From an uncultured Acidimicrobiia bacterium (GTDB lineage Bacteria > Acidobacteriota > Terriglobia > Versatilivoradales > Versatilivoraceae), in contig CAWBAT010000005.1 of NCBI GenBank assembly GCA_963786955.1, positions 864,001 through 928,000 on the forward strand: DNA of 64,000 bases, in the 5' to 3' direction. Position numbers and translations under genes: made by a program. Of the stretch, positions 1 through 9,599 are shown one piece after another; position 1 is the first letter of the stretch, and every line of letters begins with the position of its first letter. The notes beneath the pieces are model-generated. The model saw nothing but the letters and a program-made list of their open reading frames with translations, made no database searches and had not been told where the DNA came from.

Positions 1-87
1 CAGATCCGCCGCAACTTCCCCTCGGTTGCCTTGAGTCCTGGCCACGCGTGCCACTGAGATTCGGGGGCCGTCTGTCAAAACCTTCAC
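1..87 (-). CDS. rimM: 16S rRNA processing protein RimM, N-terminal part (runs off window)
   Basis: Manual translation from GTG overlapping the khpA stop gives [29 protein letters not shown]; canonical rpsP-khpA-rimM order. Confidence 0.85.
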   Translation of the reverse strand, partial: MKVLTDGPRISVARVARTQGNRGEVAADL

Positions 88-317
88 TACTCCAAAATCT
101 CGAGTGTAAATCTCTTCTTGAGCTTCATCCCGGCTGCACCTAGGATCGTGCGAATCGAACGAGCCGTCCTGCCCTGTTTGCCAATGACCTTCCCAAGATC
201 GCTAGGCGCAACTCTTAACTCGAGCACTGTAGTCTGCTCACCCTCAATTGGATTCACCGAAACTTGATCGGGATTATCCACCAAAGCCTTTGCGATTTGC
301 TCAATCAGCTCTTTCAT
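87..317 (-). CDS. khpA: KH-domain RNA-binding protein KhpA/YlqC
   Basis: [19 protein letters not shown] motif; directly downstream of rpsP. Confidence 0.95.
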   Translation of the reverse strand: MKELIEQIAKALVDNPDQVSVNPIEGEQTTVLELRVAPSDLGKVIGKQGRTARSIRTILGAAGMKLKKRFTLEILE

Positions 318-393
318 GGCAGCCTCCTAGTGTGGACGAGTGTATCAAATGGATGCCTCGAATCAGTATTTTCAGGATCGACAGCAGACTCGG

Positions 394-627
394 CTACCCA
401 ACTTTTTTGATGAAACTCTTGACCGTATTACTTGGCTGTGCCCCTTTCGATATCCAATAAGTATATTTCTCTTTGTCGAGATTAATGGCCGCCGGGTTCT
501 TTCTAGGATCATACTGTCCCAGCACATCAATGTAACGTCCATTTCTTGCTCGAGATTTCTCAATGACTACAATCCGGTACTTGGGTTTCTTCTTTGAACC
601 CATTAAGGTTAATCTGATCGTTAGCAA
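394..627 (-). CDS. rpsP: 30S ribosomal protein S16
   Basis: LTIRLTLMGSKKKPKYRIVV...GRYIDVLGQYDP; start moved to TTG at 627 behind a GAAGGAG RBS. Confidence 0.95.
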   Translation of the reverse strand: MLTIRLTLMGSKKKPKYRIVVIEKSRARNGRYIDVLGQYDPRKNPAAINLDKEKYTYWISKGAQPSNTVKSFIKKVG

Positions 628-1140
628 AAAAATTTCTCCTTCATTCTTATAAATTAAAAGCACAACCGGCAGGTCGGGGGAAATATCCTGAACAATCATT
701 AACCTGCATCAGTCAGTTGTAGAATCATCCACGCCGGACAACTTATATCCGCTAAATATAGCAGATCCGGGAAAATCCTCTAAGGAGAAAACTTACCCTA
801 TCATGGCGGGGGGAGTTGGGGGTGGGTTACCCCTGGGTGGAGAAGGCTCTACGGAAGTCTTTAACGGGGAGTGGGTTACTGAAGGGGAGAATGTGAAAAA
901 ATTGGAAAATGTCGCGTCCGGTTCAGGCTTCGAGAGCGCCTGAAGCCTACCGCGATTCCAAAGGGCTTGTCGCCATGTCGTCGGGCGGGTCCTCGATCCG
1001 GTGGAATTCTCTCCATCCCTCAGAACTCAAGCGGGGAAGGATGATGAGAGAGAAACCAGGAAATTTCAGGCGGAGCAACACATCCTGACGGACTCATCAC
1101 CCCCAGGGTCATGATTCTGCCGATCGCAGCGGCCCAGGAA

Positions 1141-2469
1141 TCAAAGCTCAAGGAGTTTGATAATCTCGTCCTTGTTTGGTTTGATCCTTAGAGGCGCATT
1201 GGCGAAAGTCGACTGAATCTTGTCTTTCCGTTCAATCAATTCGTGACGGTAGCTCGCCAGTTCATACAAATTGTTCTGGTGATAATTGATGGTGTAGTCT
1301 GGATCTTTGAGCAAGTTACCCGTCAAGACCGCGACGACATCTTCGTCCTTATCGATTTCCCCGGTTTGAATGAGCCGCTTAATTCCGGCAACCGTTGTGG
1401 CAGACGCTGGCTCGCAACCGATTCCGTCCCGGCCGATCATGGCTTTCGCATCGGCTATTTCCTGTTCACTCACGACGTCGCACCAACCTCGGGTCCACTC
1501 CATGGCTCTGACCGCCTTTTTCCAGGAAACCGGATTGCCAATTTTGATCGCCGTGGCCAGAGTATGGGCCTCAACCCGAATCAGCCGAGGGGAGTGATCA
1601 ATGAGGGTCCGGTACAAAGGATTGGCCCTTTGCGCCTGAATAATCGTTACCATCGGCATCTTCCGGATGAAGCCGAGATCGTAAAGTTCTTTGATGGCTT
1701 TCCCGAAGGAGGCGCTATTCCCAAGATTACCTCCCGGGACAACAACCCTGTCTGGAACAACCCAATCACGTTGGGCCAGCATTTCAACGACAATGGTCTT
1801 TTGCCCTTCGAGGCGATAAGGATTAATAGAGTTGAGAAGATAGATTGGCGTCTCTTCCGTGAGTTCCTTGACCAGACGCATGGCCTCGTCGAAATCGCCT
1901 TCAATTTGGAGCGTTAGAGCGCCGTAATCCAGACTTTGAGAGAGCTTGCCGAACGCGATCTGTTGGTCAGGAATGAAGATGACTGCCTTCATGTTGGCCC
2001 GGGCTGCATAGGCCGCCATGGAAGCCGAAGTGTTCCCGGTGCTGGCACAGGCAACCACTTTGGAATTCGTCTGCCGCGCCTGAGTAATCCCAGACGTCAT
2101 TCCATTGTCTTTAAAGGAACCGGTGGGGTTGAGCCCCTGATGCTTCAGAAAGAGTCTTTTTAGCCCGGTATACTCCGCGCAACGTGGCGCTGTATAAATC
2201 GGCGTGTTCCCTTCCTGCATCGTCACGACTTGTGACAGGTCATTACAGAAGGGGATCAACTCCCGGTAACGCCAGACACCGCTTAAGTCGAGGGGATCGT
2301 TAGACAACCGGCGTTGGTAGAATGTGCGTTTTAAGGCTTCGGGATCGGGGATTTGAAAATCGTATTTGACATCCAGCAGTCCGCCGCATTTCGGGCAAAC
2401 ATAGGCTTTCGATCCCGCTGGAAGAATATTCTGACACGGATCTTCGATGCACTGCAAATAGGCGCTCAT
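1141..2469 (-). CDS. thrC: Threonine synthase (PLP-dependent)
   Basis: NPTGSFKD PLP lysine motif, CASTGNTSAS, PGGNLGN, EPASA. Confidence 0.93.
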   Translation of the reverse strand: MSAYLQCIEDPCQNILPAGSKAYVCPKCGGLLDVKYDFQIPDPEALKRTFYQRRLSNDPLDLSGVWRYRELIPFCNDLSQVVTMQEGNTPIYTAPRCAEYTGLKRLFLKHQGLNPTGSFKDNGMTSGITQARQTNSKVVACASTGNTSASMAAYAARANMKAVIFIPDQQIAFGKLSQSLDYGALTLQIEGDFDEAMRLVKELTEETPIYLLNSINPYRLEGQKTIVVEMLAQRDWVVPDRVVVPGGNLGNSASFGKAIKELYDLGFIRKMPMVTIIQAQRANPLYRTLIDHSPRLIRVEAHTLATAIKIGNPVSWKKAVRAMEWTRGWCDVVSEQEIADAKAMIGRDGIGCEPASATTVAGIKRLIQTGEIDKDEDVVAVLTGNLLKDPDYTINYHQNNLYELASYRHELIERKDKIQSTFANAPLRIKPNKDEIIKLLEL

Positions 2470-2646
2470 GCCGGTAATCTACTGGAATTCCCTGGAAATC
2501 TCAATCATTCCGCGTGGGCCTCTTGCTGACTACGAAGGGAAGATGTATTCAGTAATTTATCCAGGAGACACGTAGACGTCAGGGGCAGGCAGAAAATTGA
2601 GCGAAACAATCGACAGCTTGGCGAGACCTAATAGATTGACCGATGA

Positions 2647-3300
2647 TCAAGACGTCAGGGATCGATCCATGAGCATGGGCCCCCCATGTTCAGCGATTGA
2701 CGCAAACATGGCGCGGCCGTTGAAACGATGCGTCTGGTAAGACCGCTCGACGCGCTTCACGAATCCGAGCTTGCGGAAGATGTGTTGAGATACCTTGTTC
2801 GTCGCCTCGGTGACTGCCATCCGGTAACCTCTTTTTGCGCCGTGATCGAGACAGGTCATGATGAGTTGCTGGGCCACTCCCTTTCCGGCAACTTTTTCGG
2901 ATACTCCCAAAAGGAAAAGGTGGAGTGACTCACCCGGACATATAACCCTGTCGCCTCGGTACTCGGTTTCCAACTGGCCCAGGATGTCGAAGACTGGATC
3001 GAACTTGGCGCCCAGTCGATCCACCCCGTCAGGCATTTCCGCTGCGCTATCCTCCGTCAGCAGCGCGCCAACAAGTTCCCCCGTACCAGAATGCCGGGCC
3101 ACGATGGTCAGGCCCTCGGCCTCCGCTTTTGGACAGAATAGTCGGGCGAAGGCCTCGAACTCGAAATCGGTTAGCCCGACTGCGACGGCGGGCGGATCGC
3201 GACGACTGAACACCTCGGCCAGGAGTTTCGCCATTGCGTCCGCGTCGGAAGCGGCATAGAGGCGGTACTCTATCGGCATGATTTCAGGTAAATCTGTCAT
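2647..3300 (-). CDS. GNAT family N-acetyltransferase
   Basis: LGVSEKVAGKGVA acetyl-CoA motif A; EATNKVSQHIFRKLGF. Confidence 0.8.
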   Translation of the reverse strand: MTDLPEIMPIEYRLYAASDADAMAKLLAEVFSRRDPPAVAVGLTDFEFEAFARLFCPKAEAEGLTIVARHSGTGELVGALLTEDSAAEMPDGVDRLGAKFDPVFDILGQLETEYRGDRVICPGESLHLFLLGVSEKVAGKGVAQQLIMTCLDHGAKRGYRMAVTEATNKVSQHIFRKLGFVKRVERSYQTHRFNGRAMFASIAEHGGPMLMDRSLTS

Positions 3301-3537
3301 TGACAGTCTTCCCTCAATTGCTTTCCATATGGGAACTCACTTTAGGCTCAATCTCAACGCCCATCGGTGCGGCTTTTCGAGTCCACAGAATCTCATGGTG
3401 GCTGTTCAACCTGAGTCTAGTTGGAGTTTCTCTCCCTCAAAAGTGAAAATATCCTTTGCTGCTCTGTGACAGCAGAATTGTTCCGGAAGTCAAAAGCCCA
3501 CGCCTTGGACTCAAAATACGGGGAAATTGCATCGCTA

Positions 3538-4672
3538 GTGGTATGCGTCATAAATAACTTTACTTATATTACTGACTTGGCTATGATGTCGAGTCATGAG
3601 AATAGCCCCGATGATTTTCCTTTCGACCGAAGAACACTCTATTTTGGAAACCTGGGCACGGAGTCGAAGCATGCCTCTGCGAGTCGTTCAGCGGGCGCAG
3701 ATCATTCAGATGGCGGCTGAGGGTATGCAGAGTCAGGCTATCGCGCAGGCGCTGCGAGTATCTCGCCCTACGGTACAACTCTGGCGCCAGCGGTTTCTGG
3801 CGCTTCGGCTGGAAGGTCTGGAGAAGGATGCGCCGCGCCCCGGACGCTTTCCGAAAATTCCTGACCCAAAGATTCGAGCCGTCATAGAAGCAACGTTGCA
3901 TAGCAAACCGCCGAATGCGACGCACTGGAGCACCCGCACGATGGCAGCGGCTCAGGGGCTTAGTGAAGCCACCATCCGGCGGGTCTGGAAACAACATAAT
4001 CTGAAGCCCCACCTGACGAAGACCTTTAAGCTCAGCCGAGACAAACGGTTTATCGAGAAACTGCGTGACATTGTGGGCTTGTACCTGAATCCTCCCGATA
4101 AGTCGCTGGTGCTGTGCGTCGACGAGAAATCGCAGATTCAAGCCCTGGATCGAACTCAGCCGGGGTTGCCTTTGAAGAAGGGGCGTTGTGGCACCCTGAC
4201 TCACGATTACAAACGCCACGGCACCACGACGCTGTATGCCGCCCTGAGCCTGCTGGACGGCCGCGTGATCGGCGATTGTATGCCGAGGCATCGCCACCAG
4301 GAGTTCATTCGGTTTTTGAAGCGGATCGACTGCCAGACTCCCGATGAGCTGAACCTGCATCTGATCGTCGACAATTACGGAACACACAAACATCCCCGCG
4401 TAGTGTCCTGGCTTCGACGCCACCCCAGGTTTCATTTGCACTTTACTCCGACCTCGAGCTCTTGGCTGAATCTGGTAGAACGCTGGTTTCGCAATCTCAC
4501 GGAGAAACGCATTCGCCGCGGTTCTTTTGCCAGTGTTCCTGATTTGGTAGCCGTCATCGAAGACTACTTGCGGAAGCATAACGAAAAACCTCAGGTTTTC
4601 GTTTGGACAGCAACAGCTGACCAAATACTGGCCAAAGTCATCAAATGTAAAGAAGCGTTAGACGCACTACAC
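3538..4672 (+). mobile_element. IS630-family insertion sequence (about 1135 bp), TA target duplication
   Basis: Imperfect TIRs: left GTGGTATGCGTCATAAATAACTTTAC, right (reverse complement) GTGTAGTGCGTCTAACGCTTCTTTAC; TA at 3536-3537 and 4673-4674, both within CTAG. Confidence 0.92.
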
Positions 4673-4675
4673 TAG
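3596..4675 (+). CDS. IS630-family DDE transposase
   Basis: N-terminal HTH (RPGR), VDEKSQIQAL, DYKRHGTTTL, IVDNYGTHK, TPTSSSWLNLVERWF; the stop codon uses the target TA. Confidence 0.95.
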   Translation: MRIAPMIFLSTEEHSILETWARSRSMPLRVVQRAQIIQMAAEGMQSQAIAQALRVSRPTVQLWRQRFLALRLEGLEKDAPRPGRFPKIPDPKIRAVIEATLHSKPPNATHWSTRTMAAAQGLSEATIRRVWKQHNLKPHLTKTFKLSRDKRFIEKLRDIVGLYLNPPDKSLVLCVDEKSQIQALDRTQPGLPLKKGRCGTLTHDYKRHGTTTLYAALSLLDGRVIGDCMPRHRHQEFIRFLKRIDCQTPDELNLHLIVDNYGTHKHPRVVSWLRRHPRFHLHFTPTSSSWLNLVERWFRNLTEKRIRRGSFASVPDLVAVIEDYLRKHNEKPQVFVWTATADQILAKVIKCKEALDALH

Positions 4676-5111
4676 TGAACACAAGCAGCGAGGAATCCTT
4701 TGACCATTGGATGTGTTCATTCCAGTCGATTGTCGGATCCGTGTTGTAGTCGGGTGAGAAGAAGAGAGTTGAGGTTTTCCATCCTGACTTGACCTGAATC
4801 AGAAAATTGAGATCGTATCCCTTACGCTTGATGAGAATTCCCGTCTTGGTGTGGTCTGGAGGCTCAAGGCGCTTTGAAACATCACGAATAATGGGCCCAA
4901 ACGGCCCTAAATAAGAAATGTAGAAGTAACCAAAAAGCAGGAGCCACGAAATGACAAAAGCCCCTCTCAATAGCCAAAGCAATATACGTTTCATTCTTAC
5001 ATCCTACAAACAGATGACTGACAGAGAAGTTCGCCCTGAAATCACGATTACGATCATGTTCGGCGGCGACACACGCTGGTCGGCTTCCGATGCAGCGAAA
5101 GAGCAGGTGTA

Positions 5112-5870
5112 TCAAGAACTGCGTTTATTGGCCGCGAAACGAAGACGGACATAATCGGCCGTCCATTGCCCATCTTCCCCGCACAACTCAGCGCATAAGG
5201 CTTCCTGCACTTCCATGATAAATTTCAGCCTCTCCGTCGGGGCCAGTGCAGAAGTAAAAGATTCGGCAAAGGTTTCCAGCCAGCCCGTGATGTTCCCGGG
5301 TAATGGGGTCGGGCGCGGGAAAAGGGCAATGGACGTTACTTCAAAGCCGCCGCATTCCAGACGCTCTTGATACTCTGCCACGGTCGGGAAATACCAAGGA
5401 TTCAGCTCATCAGCCTTGATTCCACGGCGCGACAGGGCCGCATCCAAGGCCGAGACGATCTTTGCCACGCAGCCGTGCCCGCCCATTTCGGCGACGAAAC
5501 GGCCCCCTGGTTTAAGTGTCCGCCGAACACCGGCGATCATAAGGTCTGTTCTTTTTATCCAATGAAGGACGGCGTTGCTGAAAACAGCGTCAAACTCCTG
5601 ATCGAACGGCAGAGCCTCCGCATCCATGACGAATGCCTGGATGCCCATTTGTCGGACAGCCTCCACCTGGGCCGCGCTGCTGTCGATCCCGACAACGTGG
5701 CAGCCCATCGAAGCTATCTTCTGGGTCAATACACCGTCCCCGCAACCAAAGTCGAGTATGCGTTCGCCCGGCTTGGGGTTCAGTAATTCGACCACGGGCA
5801 TGCCGAAATCCGAGACGAAACGAGCATTTTTGGAATAGCGTTCCGGATCCCACGTCTGGAAACTGGACAT
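5112..5870 (-). CDS. Class I SAM-dependent methyltransferase (Tam-like)
   Basis: ILDFGCGDG motif I, FDAVFSNAVLHW, LKPGGRF; start set at MSSFQTWDPERY. Confidence 0.88.
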   Translation of the reverse strand: MSSFQTWDPERYSKNARFVSDFGMPVVELLNPKPGERILDFGCGDGVLTQKIASMGCHVVGIDSSAAQVEAVRQMGIQAFVMDAEALPFDQEFDAVFSNAVLHWIKRTDLMIAGVRRTLKPGGRFVAEMGGHGCVAKIVSALDAALSRRGIKADELNPWYFPTVAEYQERLECGGFEVTSIALFPRPTPLPGNITGWLETFAESFTSALAPTERLKFIMEVQEALCAELCGEDGQWTADYVRLRFAANKRSS

Positions 5871-5902
5871 ACAAATCACCTTGAGAGCGCAATTGTTGCA
5901 CA

Positions 5903-6694
5903 CTATAAGCGAATACCGGGGCTGAGTAAACCGATGAAGAGTAGTGCGACGATAGTGCCGGCCACACAACAACCAAAGCTGAAAGGCAGAGTATGACCGG
6001 CACAGGGTTCTTGCCTCGTTTGCTTCTCCACGAGTGATAGAAGAAAAGCCTGCCCAGCCATGGCCCCAAATCCGCTGCTTGCCCCTGAGCTGAGGATCAG
6101 TGAGGGGCCGATAGGGTTCAGAGCAGAGCCGAGAACAAACAACAATCCGCCAGCGATGTAGGTAGGAAGGAGTACGTGGGCTGATTCGTACTGTGAGATA
6201 AGGCCTCGTCGAACTAGAGAAACGATTTGACGGCTTGCACTCCAGATGACCAGCACGTAAAGCAAGATTCCCAGAAGACTCAGGAGCGTGCGCCAAAGCC
6301 AAGCGGGTTCCGTACCAGGAAAGACTACAGCCCAGTCTCACATGTTCAAGAGGCCTGAGAGTAGCAAGTATCCCGTTCCGTTGAACAAGTTCGTCGCGGC
6401 AAACACCCCAAGGAAGACACTCCAGGCGTTCCAAGCGTTGCGGCGACGAAATAAGATGTCCGCCATTACGCCGGCAACAATGTTAGCTACAGAACCTGCC
6501 GCCGCGACGAACCGACTGTTCGTATCCGTCTGCAGTGCGACGGTGCTCAAGGACAGGGCACGGACGTCGGGGGAGAGTGCACAGGCGAGCCCATGGCCAA
6601 GAAGCTCATGGACCATGTCACAGCCGGCATACGCTACGACCGCATTGGAAACCACAGTCGCCAAGCTGGAGGTTGAAGGTGTGGAGTCCGTCAT
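5903..6694 (-). pseudogene. Polytopic membrane protein with HExxGH (M50-like) motif; in-frame TGA at 6338-6340
   Basis: ORFs 6338-6694 and 5903-6265 share a frame; read-through gives SGLLNM*DWAVVFPG, where G-D-W is the expected motif. Confidence 0.7.
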
Positions 6695-7107
6695 CGATTC
6701 TCATCAATTCCAAGCCTGTCCATACCACGGAATTTTGCTCCCATAATGGGAGCAAAGAGCATGAATAATAAGCCAAAGCCCATCAGTCCACCATGCGCGA
6801 GATTGAAATCCGAGAGCAGACGTTCTCGGGTGTAACCGAGGGAGACGCCCAGCCCAATCTCAAAAATGACTATGAGAACGACCCAGAGCCCGCCAACTTT
6901 AAATTGCTCTTTTCTGGTTTTTGCACCCATCCATCGCGCAGTGCGCCAGGAGATAACCAGAATTAAGCCCGAGCCGAAGAAGACACCGATCTGTCGTGCC
7001 AATAGATCTCCGATTACGGGTGCGATGAAGAGTTGCCGGACAGTCCCATTGACTGACTCAACGACGACGATCAAAAGCCAGACCGCAATCGCTCTGCGCC
7101 ACAACAT
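6691..7107 (-). CDS. Hypothetical membrane protein (about 4 TM)
   Basis: Hydrophobic segments; AGGAG RBS; overlaps the next gene (ATGA). Confidence 0.75.
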   Translation of the reverse strand: MLWRRAIAVWLLIVVVESVNGTVRQLFIAPVIGDLLARQIGVFFGSGLILVISWRTARWMGAKTRKEQFKVGGLWVVLIVIFEIGLGVSLGYTRERLLSDFNLAHGGLMGFGLLFMLFAPIMGAKFRGMDRLGIDENR

Positions 7108-7224
7108 CGGGAACTCCTAATGTTGCGAAAGATGCGCGAACTAAGTAAAAGCCTGGGCGCGTCAGTCTGATCATGACTCCCCAGATTCTCAGACGCGACA
7201 TGAAAAATCTGGAAACTTAACCGG

Positions 7225-7425
7225 TATTTACAGGTCGCTCCTCCGGAGCTTTCAAAACCGATAGGACTTATTTACTACAAACGGGAGGCTCCTAACGGAG
7301 CCAACTGCTTGCTCACAGAGAAGGACAACCTAAATCCCCCTTGATAAAGCCGCGGCGCGGCGACCTGTTTATAGAAACCGAGATACATAAGGTTATTGAA
7401 CTCTACCAGGAGCGGCCCGTTTGCG
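7225..7425. repeat. Cluster of four REP-like palindromic units (two forward, two reverse)
   Basis: TATTTACAGGTCGCTCCTCCGGAGC (7225); CTACAAACGGGAGGCTCCTAACGGAGCC (7275); reverse CTATAAACAGGTCGCCGCGCCGCGGC (7349-7374); reverse CAAACGGGCCGCTCCTGG (about 7406-7423). Confidence 0.7.
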
Positions 7426-7659
7426 AGTGTGCTGCGCCCAATCAACACACAAAGCGGAAAGAGGGCACATGGCATCGCTAGTCACAGTCGCCGTCGTTCG
7501 TCAGACAGAGGATTCCGCCCTCCACCACGACGCGTTGGCAGGCCGTTAGTCGATCTATGAATGCCTATCCCGGCTGTGATACAGTCCTGTATAGAGGCAG
7601 AGCATCTACCCGATCTCAGCGGCAAATGGCTACTTCTATGAAAAATTGTAGATTCCTTC

Positions 7660-8247
7660 TTAGGTCTTCAAAATGGCGATGGCTTCAATTTCAACTAAGA
7701 GATCCTCGCGACAGAGCCTCGCCTGGATGCCAGTGCTCGCTGGCAGGGGATCCAGCCCCAACCACCTGAAAAAAGCCGTTCGGACTTGGTTGAATTCCTT
7801 ATAATCCCGTTCAATATCTCGCAAATAGCAGCTGCAGCGCACGATATCCTTCCAGGTAGCCCCTTCGGATCTTAGCAACGTCGTAATATTGCGGTACGTT
7901 CTCCAGCATTGAGCCCGGAAGTCACCTGCATGAACCGTTCGGCCCAGCTCATCCACACTGGCTGTGCCGGAAATAAGCAACATGGAAAACCCGTTCAAAT
8001 CGACTCGCATGCCTCGTGTGAAGGAGGACGGGATAGGATAGTCGTAAGCCTCATTGAGTACGCTAGGCGCCTGTATTGCGCGTTTCGGCACCAGATCCGC
8101 TTCGGCTCGCCTTAGAGAAAGAGGAGGCGGTTGTAGTTCGCCCGTTGGAGAAAGGATACCGAGGGCGTTGAGTTCTTCCCGTTGCGCAGGGGAGAGTATT
8201 TCTGGGGCAAAGACGTCATCCACGACTTCCTTGATATTTTGAATCAT
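7660..8247 (-). CDS. Rid (YjgF/YER057c) family protein with chorismatase-like (FkbO/Hyg5) motifs
   Basis: SSFTRG, ISGTAS, TVHAGD..Q, YKEFNQVR, PASTGI, LCREDLLVEIE. Confidence 0.8.
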   Translation of the reverse strand: MIQNIKEVVDDVFAPEILSPAQREELNALGILSPTGELQPPPLSLRRAEADLVPKRAIQAPSVLNEAYDYPIPSSFTRGMRVDLNGFSMLLISGTASVDELGRTVHAGDFRAQCWRTYRNITTLLRSEGATWKDIVRCSCYLRDIERDYKEFNQVRTAFFRWLGLDPLPASTGIQARLCREDLLVEIEAIAILKT

Positions 8248-8410
8248 TGTGACACTCCTGATTGATAATTTAGAATGCAGTGACCGAGAATGATATTTCC
8301 TACTGCCTATGAAAAATGAAAAAGCCTGCGGATATTTAAAATGCGATGCTCGTAATTTCGATTGGTTAATAGGCCCTCATGACGATAAGTTTTTGGCTCC
8401 ATGTGCGGTT

Positions 8411-9301
8411 TCAGGCTAAGGCGGCCGAGGTTTTTCGCTCCATAAGATCCTCTTCTTCGGTCTTTCCCATTTTGTGAATCTTATTCATCAATTTCTGAAA
8501 GGTAGCCGGACGGATCGCCTGGTCGGGGTCGCATCGCAGCTGTGACCTGGGAGTGCGAGCACCCATGACCTCAATGAGCAGGCCATCCGCTCCAAACCCG
8601 AGAGCTGCTTGGGCGGCCCACGGCACCATGTCCGCACGGCCGGTAGCGTGACTCGGATCTACAATGACCGGGAGATAAGTGGCTTCACGAACCGCTTTGA
8701 CAACACTCAAATCCAAACAGAACCGGGAATACTCCCCTGCCCCGAAAGAACGGATTCCTCGCTCACACAGTACGATCTGCGTGTTCCCTTCCTTGGCGAT
8801 GTATTCAGCAGCGCAAAGCCATTCTTGCAGTGTTGCCGCCATGCCTCTCTTCAACAACACAGGCTTGCCGAGCTTTCCTAACTCCGTTAACAGTGGGAAA
8901 CACTGCATGTTGCGGGAACCTACTTGCAGCATATCCACATAGCGACCAACAAGCTCTACCAGCCTGACGTCGAGGACTTCTGTGACAACGGGCAACCCAG
9001 TTTGTTCCCGCACTGCAGCAAGGATTTTCAGTCCTTCTTCACCAAGCCCTTGAAAATCGTAAGGCGAGGTCCGTGGCTTGAAGGCGCCCCCACGCAGCAT
9101 CTGCGCCCCACAGCTCTTTACCTCCAAGGCGATTTCCAGAGTCTGTTCGAGACTTTCCACCGTACAAGGGCCGGCAATGACTGCGGGTTGGCGGCCTCCA
9201 AAAGCCACCCCGGCGACAGACACAACTTTGCTCGCAGTCCCTATGGAGTACTTGCAGTCCCCGTTGCGACTGACGATTCGGTAAGCATTATGATTAGCCA
9301 T
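8411..9301 (-). CDS. aroF: DAHP synthase type I-beta, no N-terminal regulatory domain
   Basis: [53 protein letters not shown]. Confidence 0.92.
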   Translation of the reverse strand: MANHNAYRIVSRNGDCKYSIGTASKVVSVAGVAFGGRQPAVIAGPCTVESLEQTLEIALEVKSCGAQMLRGGAFKPRTSPYDFQGLGEEGLKILAAVREQTGLPVVTEVLDVRLVELVGRYVDMLQVGSRNMQCFPLLTELGKLGKPVLLKRGMAATLQEWLCAAEYIAKEGNTQIVLCERGIRSFGAGEYSRFCLDLSVVKAVREATYLPVIVDPSHATGRADMVPWAAQAALGFGADGLLIEVMGARTPRSQLRCDPDQAIRPATFQKLMNKIHKMGKTEEEDLMERKTSAALA

Positions 9302-9408
9302 TTGCTTTTTAGCGCCCTATCCGAGTAGTACGTGCAGTTACTGGTTCTATTACTTACATCTTCGTAATCCAAGAAGTGTCACAGTAATGTCAACAAGACA
9401 CCGATCTA

Positions 9409-9437
9409 TTGACCAGGATGTAAATATTCTCTAGACT
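9409..9437 (+). promoter_or_regulatory. Sigma70-like promoter for the XRE regulator
   Basis: TTGACC-17 bp-TAGACT. Confidence 0.55.
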
Positions 9438-9599
9438 TGAGCAATATTGGAGGCATCGGAGGAGTTGTAGATTGGGACCCCGTTTAAGACCCTCGAAGTC
9501 TGACGAAGCAAGGATCAAAAGGGATGCAGAAGGATGCTCCGTAGGCAGCTCGACACCAATTGATCCGACTTGCTTTAATCGATAGGAGAGAAAAATACA

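Larger units (their letters stand above)
3417..4994 (-). pseudogene. Hypothetical N-terminally membrane-anchored protein (about 146 aa) interrupted by IS630
   Basis: Removing the IS and one TA copy joins ...SLLVFTS to DAISPYFESKAWAFDFRNNSAVTEQQRIFSLLRERNSN* in frame (441 nt total, stop 3417-3419). Confidence 0.8.

Noticed and set aside
700-1140. G-rich intergenic stretch upstream of rpsP as SRP RNA or another ncRNA
   Set aside because: No SRP domain IV motif recognised; only an isolated TTCAGGC/GCCTGAA hairpin
3581-4624. 347-aa antisense ORF over the IS630 transposase
   Set aside because: Shadow ORF with no motifs, fully opposite a clear transposase
6338-6340. TGA as selenocysteine or a reassigned codon
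   Set aside because: Context implies Gly, not Cys; many genes here end in TGA; no SECIS-like hairpin recognised
5871-6434. N-terminal extension making the methyltransferase 440 aa
   Set aside because: It overlaps the membrane-protein gene in another frame; homology starts at MSSFQTW (5870)
7225-7425. Possible CRISPR array
   Set aside because: Units are degenerate, in both orientations and irregularly spaced; no cas genes
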